A DNA stretch of 64,000 nucleotides, from positions 64,001 through 128,000 of the forward strand of contig JASLXV010000069.1 of NCBI GenBank assembly GCA_030740155.1. Reading direction: 5' to 3'. The notes below the pieces were generated by a model that saw only the letters and a list, made by a program, of their open reading frames with translations, did no database searches and had not been told where the DNA came from. This document shows positions 10,304 through 20,862 of the stretch, one piece after another (the stretch's first letter is position 1; each line of letters begins with the position of its first letter). This DNA comes from Dehalococcoidia bacterium. GTDB taxonomy: Bacteria > Chloroflexota > Dehalococcoidia > Lucifugimonadales > UBA3495. The position numbers and the translations under genes were made by a program.

Positions 10304-10370
10304 CGTCCTTCCGGCGAATGCCGGAATCCAGAATCGCGCCAACTGGATCCCGGCCTCCGCCGGGATGACG
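10304..10370. repeat. REP-like family A, copy 2
   Basis: CGTCCTTCCGGCGAATGCCGGAATCCAG...CTGGATCCCGGCCTCCGCCGGGATGACG. Confidence 0.85.
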
Positions 10371-10617
10371 GGGCGGGTATCGCCCCAGCTACGAGTCGCC
10401 GTGGTTTTCAGTCAGCTCAACTGTCGATAATTATCTCCCCGAGCCCCTTGGCTCAGGATAAACTCCGCGAGGAATCTCGTCTTTGCGCTGAGATTCCTCG
10501 TTGCTCCGCTCCTCGTAATGACATCCTGGAAGCATCAAGGCGGCTGAGTACTGGATTTCCGCGTTCGAGGGTGAGCGGCGGCCGCCCTCCAGAACTCTAC
10601 GGGAACTTCCCGGGGGC

Positions 10618-12183
10618 CTAATCGGGCTGGCCGTACTGGGCCCGCAGGTCCCGCTTCAGCACCTTGCCCATCACGTTCCGGGGAAGCTCGTCAATGAACA
10701 CCACCGACCGGGGACGCTTGTAGCTGGACAGCCGATCCTGACAGTGCCGCTCCAACTCCTCCTCGGTCACTCCCCCGGCGCGGACCACAACCACGGCGCG
10801 GATCTCCTCCCCCCACTCTTCATCCGGGACGCCGATGATCGCGGCGTCGGCAACCTGAGGGTGGGCCATGAGCACCTGCTCGACCTCCTCAGGGGACACC
10901 ATCTCTCCGCCCCGCTTGATGAAATCCTTGGCCCGGCCGGACAGGAAGATGTAGCTGTCCTCGTCTTGGTAGCCCAGGTCGCCGGTGTAAATCCAGCCGG
11001 AGCGAATGGCGTCCCGGGTGGCGGCCTCCTCGTGCCAATAGCCGGCCATCATGCGAGAACCGCGGGCGACGATCTCCCCAACGTCTCCCGCCGGCACGGT
11101 ATTGCCGTCCTCGTCGACTATTTGCACTTCCACGTCGTCCAGGGGCTTGCCGATGGACGTCAGCCGCCGCAGCTTCTTCTCGATCACTTCCGGGGTCCCG
11201 TCCAGGATATGGTCTTCGGGCGGCAGCATGGTGATGGTGGAAGCGGTCTCAGTCTGCCCAAAGGCGTTGATGAACCTGGCGCCGGGGAACTCCTGGATGG
11301 CCCGCCTGATCACCGACAAGGGCATCGACGCCGCGCCGTAGGTGATAACGTCCAGGGATGAGAGGTCGAATTCATGAAAGCGGGGGTGCTCCATCAGGTG
11401 CTTCAGCATGGTGGGGACCAGCATGGCCCGGTCGGCCCGGTATTCTTGGACCGCCGTCAACCACTCCACGGGCTCGAACTGGCGCATGAGTATCAAGCTC
11501 CGGCCGCCGTACACCGCCGCCAGGGAGGCTTGGAGCCCCGCGATGTGGTAGAGGGGCACGGAGAGCAGGTTGGTTTCCTCGGCCTCCGGGTCGGCGGGGG
11601 TGACCGTCGCCAGCAGATATGAGGAGAAGCTCTCGTGGGTGAGCATCACCCCCTTGGGCACGCCCGTGGTCCCGGCGGTAAACATAATAACCGTCGTGTC
11701 GCCGTCCTCCGCCTCCGGGAAGTGGACCTCGTCGTCGGAGGCGCCGGCCATCAACTCGTCCCAGCTCAGCATCCCCCCGGTGGCTCCTCCGTCCAGGACC
11801 ACCACCCGGTCCGGGGGAAGCCCCCCCTCGGCATCTCCGGTCCGGGGCAGCAACGATAGGTAGCGCTCCCCGAGAAACAGCATGCTCGGTTGGGCGATGG
11901 ACAGCATCCGCTCCAGCTCCTCGGTCTTGGCGCGGAAATTGATGGGCACGTATATTGCGTCCAGCTGGGCCGTGGCGAAGTATGCCTCGATGCCTTGGGT
12001 GCAGTTCACCTGCATCATGGCCACCCGGTCTCCGGGTCCGATCCCCCGGGCGGCCAGGGCGTTGGCCAGCCGGTTTACCCGCTCTTGGAGACCGGCGAAG
12101 GTCACCGCCTCGCCGTCGAAGTGGACCGCGGCACGGTCAGGAACTATGGCGCTGGCGATGGTCAAGAACTCCGTGGTGCGCAT
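10618..12183 (-). CDS. Long-chain acyl-CoA synthetase / AMP-binding enzyme
   Basis: FTAGTTGVPKG P-loop, FGQTE, YTGDLG, GRAKDFIKRGGE, LPRNVMGKVLK. Confidence 0.95.
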   Translation of the reverse strand: MRTTEFLTIASAIVPDRAAVHFDGEAVTFAGLQERVNRLANALAARGIGPGDRVAMMQVNCTQGIEAYFATAQLDAIYVPINFRAKTEELERMLSIAQPSMLFLGERYLSLLPRTGDAEGGLPPDRVVVLDGGATGGMLSWDELMAGASDDEVHFPEAEDGDTTVIMFTAGTTGVPKGVMLTHESFSSYLLATVTPADPEAEETNLLSVPLYHIAGLQASLAAVYGGRSLILMRQFEPVEWLTAVQEYRADRAMLVPTMLKHLMEHPRFHEFDLSSLDVITYGAASMPLSVIRRAIQEFPGARFINAFGQTETASTITMLPPEDHILDGTPEVIEKKLRRLTSIGKPLDDVEVQIVDEDGNTVPAGDVGEIVARGSRMMAGYWHEEAATRDAIRSGWIYTGDLGYQDEDSYIFLSGRAKDFIKRGGEMVSPEEVEQVLMAHPQVADAAIIGVPDEEWGEEIRAVVVVRAGGVTEEELERHCQDRLSSYKRPRSVVFIDELPRNVMGKVLKRDLRAQYGQPD

Positions 12184-12507
12184 TGGCATCCCCTCCGTGG
12201 ATCGTATTCAGCCGTTATCCAGGCAAGAGTTTTCAGGTGGACCCGGCACTCCTGCCCCAGAACAGTCATCTCATGTCTCCGGGCTAGGACCCGGGCCGCC
12301 GGCCTGGCCTCCGGACGCGTCCCCTCCTTGAGGGGCCCAAACCACCTGCGATCGCGCAACACTGAGTTGACCTAAAGCAACTATTTGAAGGTTTGTCGCA
12401 GGACCCGTTGAGACTTCCCTAGGAGTTTCGGACAGCCTCTTACCTGACTGCGGATTATCTTGAGTCGTAGCTGGCCTGTGTTTGCACTCACCTTGCTTCC
12501 ATGGTCA

Positions 12508-13092
12508 CTAATCTCCCGTCTGAATTGTCACCTGAGAAAGCGTGAGGGTCAACAGCGCTTCAACTTTTCCATCAGCCGGATCCATCATTGATTGGTACCG
12601 GCCAAACTCCCCGCTATCCGCCAGTGCGGTCGCGACCGTCAGTTGTTGTCCAGCCTCTTCATACTCGGACCACGATTGTTTCCAAGAATCCACGAGAGCT
12701 TTTTGAGCGTCCTGGTCATCACTGTAAAGTTGGGATATAACACGTTCACCTTCGCCGCTGTCAATCCAGAGCCCCCCGACCTTCCCGGCTCGGACCAAGA
12801 ACTGTGCTAGCGTAGCGACTTGCCTTCGGTAATCGGCGACGTCTACTCGGCCCGGCCAGCGTGATGCCGGCTCAACCTGCAAGGCGTCCACTGTTGCTCT
12901 CAGGTTGTCATAATGCAGTATTACCTGGCGGAACTCCAGCTCCACCCCCAGGGCTCCGGAGGGGAGCGCCACGTAATCGGTCAAAGGCATTATGGTCGGC
13001 TCCGGCGATGGAGTCGGCGGGGGAGTGGCTTCCGCGCAGGCCATACCACCGAAGAGGAGAGCCGCTACGACCGGTACCATACACAGTTTCAT
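12508..13092 (-). CDS. Hypothetical lipoprotein with Pro/Thr-rich linker
   Basis: MKLCMVPVVAALLFGGMAC lipobox-like signal, then ATPPPTPSPEPT and a helical body; composition visibly less GC-rich than neighbours. Confidence 0.65.
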   Translation of the reverse strand: MKLCMVPVVAALLFGGMACAEATPPPTPSPEPTIMPLTDYVALPSGALGVELEFRQVILHYDNLRATVDALQVEPASRWPGRVDVADYRRQVATLAQFLVRAGKVGGLWIDSGEGERVISQLYSDDQDAQKALVDSWKQSWSEYEEAGQQLTVATALADSGEFGRYQSMMDPADGKVEALLTLTLSQVTIQTGD

Positions 13093-13158
13093 GATCGACG
13101 AACCTTCTAACCCCACTCCTCACCGGCCTGGTTTCGATACGATCCGCCTCACGGACGG

Positions 13159-13887
13159 TCATCCCCTGTCGCGGGCCAGGACCCGGGATGCGACCCTGGC
13201 CTCCAGACGCAACCCCTCCGGCAGGGGCACATCGCCGCCTCGCCGCAGGCAGGCCTTCGCCGCCTCCGCCAGGTCCGGGTCTAACCCGGCCAGGCGCCTG
13301 ACGATCCGCCAAGCCTCTCCCAGCAGGTCTTCCTCAGCCACCAACCGGGTCAGCAACCCCAGGCGCAACGCCTCCGCGGCATCGAACCGGCGGCCGGTCA
13401 GCAGCAGATACAGGGCGCCGGAGCGTCCCAGGCTTCTGGGCAGCGTCTGAGTTCCACCGGCCGCGGGTATCATCCCCAGGTGCACCTCCGGCATGGCGAA
13501 CACGGTGCCGGCGGCTCCGACCCGGATGTCGCCGAGCAGGACAATCTCGACGCCTGACCCGATGCAGTACCCGTGGGGCGCCACCACCACCGGTATCGGG
13601 AGGTGAAGCAGCTGGCCCCACACGTCCCGCTCCCAGCGGACCTGCCGGGCGATTGCCAGGGAAGGGGCCGTGCCGAACTCCGTCAGGTCGGCGCCGGCGC
13701 AGAAGGCCCGTCCCTCTCCGGTAATCAGCAACGCCCTCACCTCGGTATCATCCACCACGGCGGCCAGGGCCTCGGAGAAATCGTCCCGCATCTGGATGTT
13801 GTAGGCGTTGAGCACCTTGGGCCGGTTCAGGGAAATATGGGCCACGGCCCCGTCCTTGTCGTACAGCAGGGTATCAAATGCCGGCAT
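13159..13887 (-). CDS. Enoyl-CoA hydratase/isomerase (crotonase) family, both catalytic Glu present
   Basis: LNRPKVLNA, AFCAGADL, GYCIGSGVE, AMPEVHLGMIPAAGGTQ. Confidence 0.93.
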   Translation of the reverse strand: MPAFDTLLYDKDGAVAHISLNRPKVLNAYNIQMRDDFSEALAAVVDDTEVRALLITGEGRAFCAGADLTEFGTAPSLAIARQVRWERDVWGQLLHLPIPVVVAPHGYCIGSGVEIVLLGDIRVGAAGTVFAMPEVHLGMIPAAGGTQTLPRSLGRSGALYLLLTGRRFDAAEALRLGLLTRLVAEEDLLGEAWRIVRRLAGLDPDLAEAAKACLRRGGDVPLPEGLRLEARVASRVLARDRG

Positions 13888-13943
13888 GGTAACTCTCGAT
13901 TCTCTGCTATCAGCTGTCAGCCGTCAGCTGGCTTCTCACGCCC

Positions 13944-14480
13944 TCAGGGGCTGGCCCTTCGGTACAGCTCGTCCATCTCCAACTCGGTATAGCGCAACCC
14001 AATGTTCTCGAGGTTATGGGCGTCGCTTACCTGCAAGGGCAGCAAGTCGTGGGTCCGGGCGATCTCCGCCACCTCCGACTTCGGGATATGCCAGTTGTGA
14101 ATGTAGTTGTCGATCTCAATGGCGTGGATGTTGTCCTCGATGATGATCTCGGGAGTGTAGTAGCCGGGGTGGCAGTAGCTGCGAAACACGCCGCCACCGG
14201 GTAGGAAAAGCTCCGCTACCTGGTACTCGGCGAAGGGGTTCTCCGCGGGCCTGATCTCTATTTCCCAACCCGGAATGATGATGATCTGGCCCGGGTAGTG
14301 ACGCTCCACCAACTCCCGAAACTCGAGGGCCCATTCCTTGTTGTGGTGGTCGGTGATGGCAATGCCGTCGATGCCCTGCTTCTTGACCTGGCCGATGACC
14401 TTCTCCGCGATCTCTTTGCTGGGACTCTGAAAGTTGAACGCCTCCCAGATGTGGGTGTGCAGGTCCAGTTTGACTTTCAC
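13944..14480 (-). CDS. PHP-domain metal-dependent phosphoesterase
   Basis: DLHTH, AITDHH, PGWE, CHP, SDAH motifs; GTG start. Confidence 0.88.
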   Translation of the reverse strand: MKVKLDLHTHIWEAFNFQSPSKEIAEKVIGQVKKQGIDGIAITDHHNKEWALEFRELVERHYPGQIIIIPGWEIEIRPAENPFAEYQVAELFLPGGGVFRSYCHPGYYTPEIIIEDNIHAIEIDNYIHNWHIPKSEVAEIARTHDLLPLQVSDAHNLENIGLRYTELEMDELYRRASP

Positions 14481-14502
14481 GCTTTTGCCGTCCGTTTATG
14501 AT

Positions 14503-14580
14503 AGCCGTCAGCCGTCAGCAACCAGCCTTCAGTCCTGGGCCGGCGCGGTAGCAAGCTGATCGCCGGCCGCTGATAGCTGA
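14503..14580. repeat. Heptamer-repeat inverted arms
   Basis: AGCCGTCAGCCGTCAGCAACCAGC ... GCTGATCGCCGGCCGCTGATAGCTGA. Confidence 0.6.
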
Positions 14581-14589
14581 TTGGGCGCG

Positions 14590-15363
14590 CTAACCGCCCC
14601 GAAATCCTGGCTCGCGCCGCTGCAAGAAGGATTGGATACCTTCAGCCCGGTCGGCGGTGCTTTGAAGCAGTATGTTCAGGTCCGCCTCCAACCGCAAACC
14701 TTGGGTAAGGGTCAGGTCCATCCCGGCCCCGATCGCTTCCTTGGCGTACCGGGCGGCGATCGGGGCGCCGGCCGCGACGGTTTCCGCTAGCAGGCGAGTC
14801 CGGGTCAGCAGTTCTTCCCCGGCCACGACTTCGCTCACCAGTCCCAGCGCCAGGGCCTGGGCCGCGTCGATGATGCGTCCGGTTAGGACCAGGTCCCGCG
14901 CCCAGGCGGGTCCCACCAAGCGGGGCAGCCGCTGGGTCCCTCCGTCCCAGGGAAAGGCGCCCTGGGCCAGATCGGTGAACCCGAAACTGGCGTCTGCCGA
15001 AGCGACCCGCAGGTCCGCGGCCAGGGCCAACTCCAAGCCATGGTCCAGGGCGTCTCCGTTGACGGCGGCAATCACCGGTATGGGCAGCCCTGCCAGGGCG
15101 GAGGCTACCTGCATCAAGCTCAGCCAGTCTTGCCGGGCTTCCGGAAACAGGTCCCCAGGCGCCGGTTCGCGGCCCACCGAGAAAACGCTGCCGGCGCCGG
15201 TGATGATGACCGATCGGATGCCCTCGTCTTCACCGATGGCCCGGCAGGCCTCGCGCAGCTCGGCGGCCAGGGGGCTGTCGATGCGGTTGCCACCCTCGGG
15301 CCGGGCCAGCGTCACCGTCGCCACCGGGCCATCGCGGCGGTAGTCCAAAAGATCGTATCGAAT
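14590..15363 (-). CDS. Crotonase-family protein with degenerate active site; start uncertain (ATT 15363 or TTG 15348)
   Basis: DGPVATVTL, PVIAAVNG, GLELALAADLR, GGTQRLPRLVG; the oxyanion and Glu motifs read FSVGRE, ALDHGLE, FTDL. Confidence 0.88.
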   Translation of the reverse strand: MRYDLLDYRRDGPVATVTLARPEGGNRIDSPLAAELREACRAIGEDEGIRSVIITGAGSVFSVGREPAPGDLFPEARQDWLSLMQVASALAGLPIPVIAAVNGDALDHGLELALAADLRVASADASFGFTDLAQGAFPWDGGTQRLPRLVGPAWARDLVLTGRIIDAAQALALGLVSEVVAGEELLTRTRLLAETVAAGAPIAARYAKEAIGAGMDLTLTQGLRLEADLNILLQSTADRAEGIQSFLQRREPGFRGG

Positions 15364-15464
15364 CTCGGCCTGCTTTCTGAATAATGTAGTTGCCGGCCAA
15401 TCCGTCCGGCCCACCACACCCACCTGGTGGGGCGCCGCTACAATAGTAGGGCTCAGGTCTTCTC

Positions 15465-15493
15465 TTGACAAGGGCCAACGGCTTGTTTAACAT
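15465..15493 (+). promoter_or_regulatory. Sigma70-type promoter of groESL
   Basis: TTGACA (15465-15470), 17 bp, TAACAT (15488-15493). Confidence 0.8.
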
Positions 15494-15496
15494 GAT

Positions 15497-15523
15497 TTAG
15501 CGCTCTCAGACCGAGAGTGCTAA
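15497..15523 (+). promoter_or_regulatory. CIRCE operator (HrcA binding site)
   Basis: TTAGCGCTC-N9-GAGTGCTAA, one mismatch to TTAGCACTC-N9-GAGTGCTAA, directly upstream of groES. Confidence 0.95.
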
Positions 15524-15579
15524 TGCCATGGGATGCAAACTGGCCAACTGAATAGGCCAGACGTAGAAAGGAGGCAACG

Positions 15580-15909
15580 GTGGCAAACTTTACTCCGCTG
15601 GGCGAGCGGGTGGTCGTTCAGCCCATCGAGCTCGAGCAACAGACAAAAGGCGGAATTTTCTTGCCTGACACCGCCAAAGAGAAGCCCCAAGAAGGCAAAG
15701 TGGTCGCCGTGGGCCCGGGACGGGTTACCGACGATGGGACTCGAATTCCCATGGAACTCTCGAAAGGCGATCGTGTCATCTACTCCAAGTTCGCCGGAAC
15801 CGAATATAAGGACGGCGACGAAGAGTACCTCATCTTGCGTGAGAGCGATATTCTGGCCAAGATCGGGGCCGGGAAACCCCAGGCCAAGAAAGCCGCCCGC
15901 AAGAAGTAG
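15580..15909 (+). CDS. groES: Co-chaperonin GroES with Lys/Ala-rich C-terminal tail
   Basis: [53 protein letters not shown] start after GGAGG. Confidence 0.98.
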   Translation: MANFTPLGERVVVQPIELEQQTKGGIFLPDTAKEKPQEGKVVAVGPGRVTDDGTRIPMELSKGDRVIYSKFAGTEYKDGDEEYLILRESDILAKIGAGKPQAKKAARKK

Positions 15910-15957
15910 TCTTGTAAACCCCATCAAACCGTTCCACGTCGAAATTGATAGTTGTAA

Positions 15958-17601
<1,644 letters not shown>

Positions 17602-17622
17602 TCCACTGGCTCAGGACCTTTT

Positions 17623-17662
17623 GTAAAGGCGCCCCCGATTGGGTGGGGCGCCTTTACTTTTT
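17623..17662 (+). terminator. Intrinsic terminator after groEL (possibly bidirectional)
   Basis: GTAAAGGCGCCCC / GGGGCGCCTTTAC 13-bp stem followed by TTTTT. Confidence 0.85.
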
Positions 17663-17723
17663 GGGGAGGGACGCCGGCCTTAGAGGGTGGCCGGGAGAGG
17701 CCCTTCCCTCCGTTCTGGAACCG

Positions 17724-19076
17724 CTATGAAACCACAAACTCCGGGCCGGCGAGGGACTCCTCCGTCGTGGGGTCCGTCTCCCGGCGGGGAAGCCTGGCCC
17801 TGGGAAGGTTCCAGAACATGGCCGCCGCCATCAGGTACAGAACAATAATGGGAATAATGGCCCAATAGTAGCTGCCGGAAGTATCGTACACCCAACCCGC
17901 GAACACCGGCACACCCATGGACAGGATGCTGTGTACCGTGGTGACCCCACCCCGTAGGGTAGCGAAGCTCTTGCGGCCGAAATAGTCCCCGATCAGTGAC
18001 CAGGAAACTCCGCTGACGCCCTCCGCGAAGGCAAATAGCGCGGCGAAGATGAGGAGTTGCCACAGCGCACCCCCGCTCAAGAGGAGGACCCCCAAGCTGA
18101 CCGCGCCCAACAACATGGTGAGGGCGACGATCTTCTGTTTGGCGTACTTGTCACCCACCCAGCCGAGAGCGATCCGGAGCGGGATGGTGATAAAGGCAAC
18201 GAAAGCTACGACGAAGGCGCCCGTGCCTTCCGATTGGCCTCTCCACACCATGAGGGGCACCAGGTGCACGAAAACCCCGGTGTGGGCCGCGATTCGCAGG
18301 CCCATGGCCAGAGCCAGAAGCCAGTACGTCGGCGTCTTGAGCGCCTCCTTCGCCGTGAAGTCCACTGCCGTTACGTGGCGGGCGAACCGAAGCGAACTCG
18401 TGGGCGAGGGGCTCCTGGCGACGACTGGCGGCGACCGGTCTCCATCGGGCAGCAGTCCCATGGTCTCTGGGGAACGGCGTACTACAAGAGACAGGGGGAT
18501 CACCGCGGCAATTATCACCAGGCCCGAGATGACGGCGCCGGTCCTCCAGCCTTGGGTCAGCACGATGTAGGCTACAGCCGGGGTGATGACGGTACCGCCA
18601 ATGGAGATGCCCATGGTCGCGAAGGACATGGCCAGGCCCTTTCGGCGAATGAACCACTGATTGACCGCCGCCATGATGCCGTGGTTGAAGCCGGCATTCA
18701 TGCCCATGGCAAGGACGCCGATATACACGAGGAGAAATGTTGTGAAGGTGTGGGTTTGGGACAGCAGAATGAACCCCGTGCCGGCCAGAAGACCGCCGAA
18801 GGCTATCATCGTCCGGGGGCCCAAACGATCCACCGCATACCCGGCCAACGGCCCTTCAAGCCCCCCTTCCAGGCGGCCCAACCCATAGGCCAAAGAGGTG
18901 GCCGCCCGGCTCAGGCCCAGGTCACGGGTCACCGGCAGAAAGTAGACCGAGAAGCCCAACCAGTAGGTCCCCCCACCCAAGGCATTAAGGACGCTGCCCG
19001 CCGCAACTATCCACCAGCCGTAGAATATCTTGCGGTCCGCGCTGGCGCCGCTGGTGGCACCCGGCCTATCCGTCAT
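17724..19076 (-). CDS. MFS transporter
   Basis: IFYGWWIV N-terminus, about 12 hydrophobic segments, GYAVDRLGPR motif A, WFIRRKGLA. Confidence 0.92.
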   Translation of the reverse strand: MTDRPGATSGASADRKIFYGWWIVAAGSVLNALGGGTYWLGFSVYFLPVTRDLGLSRAATSLAYGLGRLEGGLEGPLAGYAVDRLGPRTMIAFGGLLAGTGFILLSQTHTFTTFLLVYIGVLAMGMNAGFNHGIMAAVNQWFIRRKGLAMSFATMGISIGGTVITPAVAYIVLTQGWRTGAVISGLVIIAAVIPLSLVVRRSPETMGLLPDGDRSPPVVARSPSPTSSLRFARHVTAVDFTAKEALKTPTYWLLALAMGLRIAAHTGVFVHLVPLMVWRGQSEGTGAFVVAFVAFITIPLRIALGWVGDKYAKQKIVALTMLLGAVSLGVLLLSGGALWQLLIFAALFAFAEGVSGVSWSLIGDYFGRKSFATLRGGVTTVHSILSMGVPVFAGWVYDTSGSYYWAIIPIIVLYLMAAAMFWNLPRARLPRRETDPTTEESLAGPEFVVS

Positions 19077-19373
19077 GCACGTTCATTCCTCTTGGGCGTG
19101 GAACCGGCGGCCATCGCCTTTCCTGAACTGTTTCCAAGCCTCCGGTATCCGGCTCGGTCACCCTTACCGGGCGCCCGCAGCCTGCCCACTCGTAATTCTT
19201 GAGTCAAATCGCTGGGCGTTTTCGACACGGCCGCCACCCTCGGCAGCGTGGGGCGGGCCTCATGCTCTTGGCGCGGCCCTCCTTCACCTTCCGGCGCCAC
19301 CCCGTCTCGAGGAGCCGGGCCCTGCCCAGCTTAGCGCCCGGGCAGAAGACCAGAAAGGTGAAGGCCGGACGTT

Positions 19374-20621
19374 CTATTCGAACCGCATCGCGGTGAGACG
19401 CAGCAGGTTGAGGGTGTAGAGGGCGGAGCGCGTACGGTCGGGCAACCCTGATCCCGCGAAGTTGTACTCGCGATGGGTGGCGCCCCAGCTCGAGCAGACG
19501 GAAACGTAGGTCCGGCCCGAACTCAGGTTCTCGGTGGCAGCCTGGCTGTCCGGTACGCCGTACACCGCTACGCCCAGGTCCGCTCTGGCATGTTCTCTGA
19601 CGGCGGCGGCCAGTTGATCCGCCAGGCTGGCCCCGTCCTGGGCCAGCTCTTCGTAGCGGGCCGCCGCGCCGTTGGCTCCCAGAACGCCCAGCAAGACGGT
19701 TTTTCCCATACCGACGGTCCCCTCCAGGAACAGGGGACCGGCAGCCTCCTGAAGGTACTGGGCCACGATGCCGCCGGTGAGACCCTCGTAGGAGGCCACG
19801 GTCCGCTTCGGGTCCCGGTTCAGCAGCTCTCCCACCACATCTTGCAGCGTCTGATCATCGGACCCGAAAACGTGGTCCTTCAAGAGATCCCGGGCCTCTC
19901 GCTCCAGGGGCGCGATGAGCCCTTCGGCTTCCTCCCGGCTGATCGCCTTGGCCGTGATGCGCACGTCCACCTGACCGGGATGGGCCAGCACCCCTACCGT
20001 AGGGTTTTGAGAGTTGGCGATGAGGTGACCGACCAGGTCGTCCACCGAGCTTTCTCCCAGGTCGGCCACCTTGAGAACCCGGGAATAGATTGCCTCGGAT
20101 AGGCCGAACTTCCGCCGGAGGTAGGGGATGACTTCATTGTCGAAAAGCCACTTCATTTCGAAGGGCACCCCGGGCAAGCAGATTACGACCGCCCTGGGGT
20201 CTTCAACGATGAACGAGGGGGCCGTGCCGTTGGGGTTTTTGACTGGAATTGAGTCCGCCGGAATGTAGGCCTGCCGGTTGTTGTTCTCGGTCATGATGAA
20301 GCCCCGGCGGCGGAACCTCTCCTCGATCTGGGCCATGAGTTCCGGGTCCAGGACCAACTCCCTCCCGGAAGCCCTGGCCACGACTTCCCGGGTCAGGTCG
20401 TCCTGGGTCGGGCCGATACCCCCGCAGGTGATGACCAGGTCGGAGCGCTCCATGGCCCGATCGATGGCCGACAACATCCGGTCCGGGTTATCCCCGACCA
20501 CCGTCTTGTAAAAGAGGTTAACACCCTGATTGGCCAGCCGCTGGGCCATCCAGGCCGAGTTGGTATCTACAATCTGGCCCAGCAAAAGCTCCGAGCCGAT
20601 GGCTACGATCTCCGCGTTCAT
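19374..20621 (-). CDS. cinA: CinA-family protein (MocF-like N-domain plus degenerate PncC-like C-domain)
   Basis: AEIVAIGSELLLGQIVDTNS, GGIGPTQDDLTRE, NPNGTAP, LPGVPFEM. Confidence 0.9.
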   Translation of the reverse strand: MNAEIVAIGSELLLGQIVDTNSAWMAQRLANQGVNLFYKTVVGDNPDRMLSAIDRAMERSDLVITCGGIGPTQDDLTREVVARASGRELVLDPELMAQIEERFRRRGFIMTENNNRQAYIPADSIPVKNPNGTAPSFIVEDPRAVVICLPGVPFEMKWLFDNEVIPYLRRKFGLSEAIYSRVLKVADLGESSVDDLVGHLIANSQNPTVGVLAHPGQVDVRITAKAISREEAEGLIAPLEREARDLLKDHVFGSDDQTLQDVVGELLNRDPKRTVASYEGLTGGIVAQYLQEAAGPLFLEGTVGMGKTVLLGVLGANGAAARYEELAQDGASLADQLAAAVREHARADLGVAVYGVPDSQAATENLSSGRTYVSVCSSWGATHREYNFAGSGLPDRTRSALYTLNLLRLTAMRFE

Positions 20622-20862
20622 GTCCGAAAGCTCCTGGGCATACGCTGGTTCTTGCTGACTCCCCAGCTCTCACCCCACCGGCCCCATGACAAAATGAGCT
20701 TTGGGTGCACCCCGGAAGGGCAACGAGGCTTTCCACACGTTTCTGGCTGGTCATCAACGCCGAATACCCCCGGCCACCTTGAGGCCGGGAGTCTCAGACA
20801 TCGTTAGGGTAGTCCGGCGCGGCTACGGGGTCAAGGGGCATTGAGGGGCGGGTCCGGTACCC

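Noticed and set aside
12423..12440. GAGTTTCGGACAGCCTCT as an IS terminal inverted repeat
   Set aside because: No matching second end or transposase in the window.
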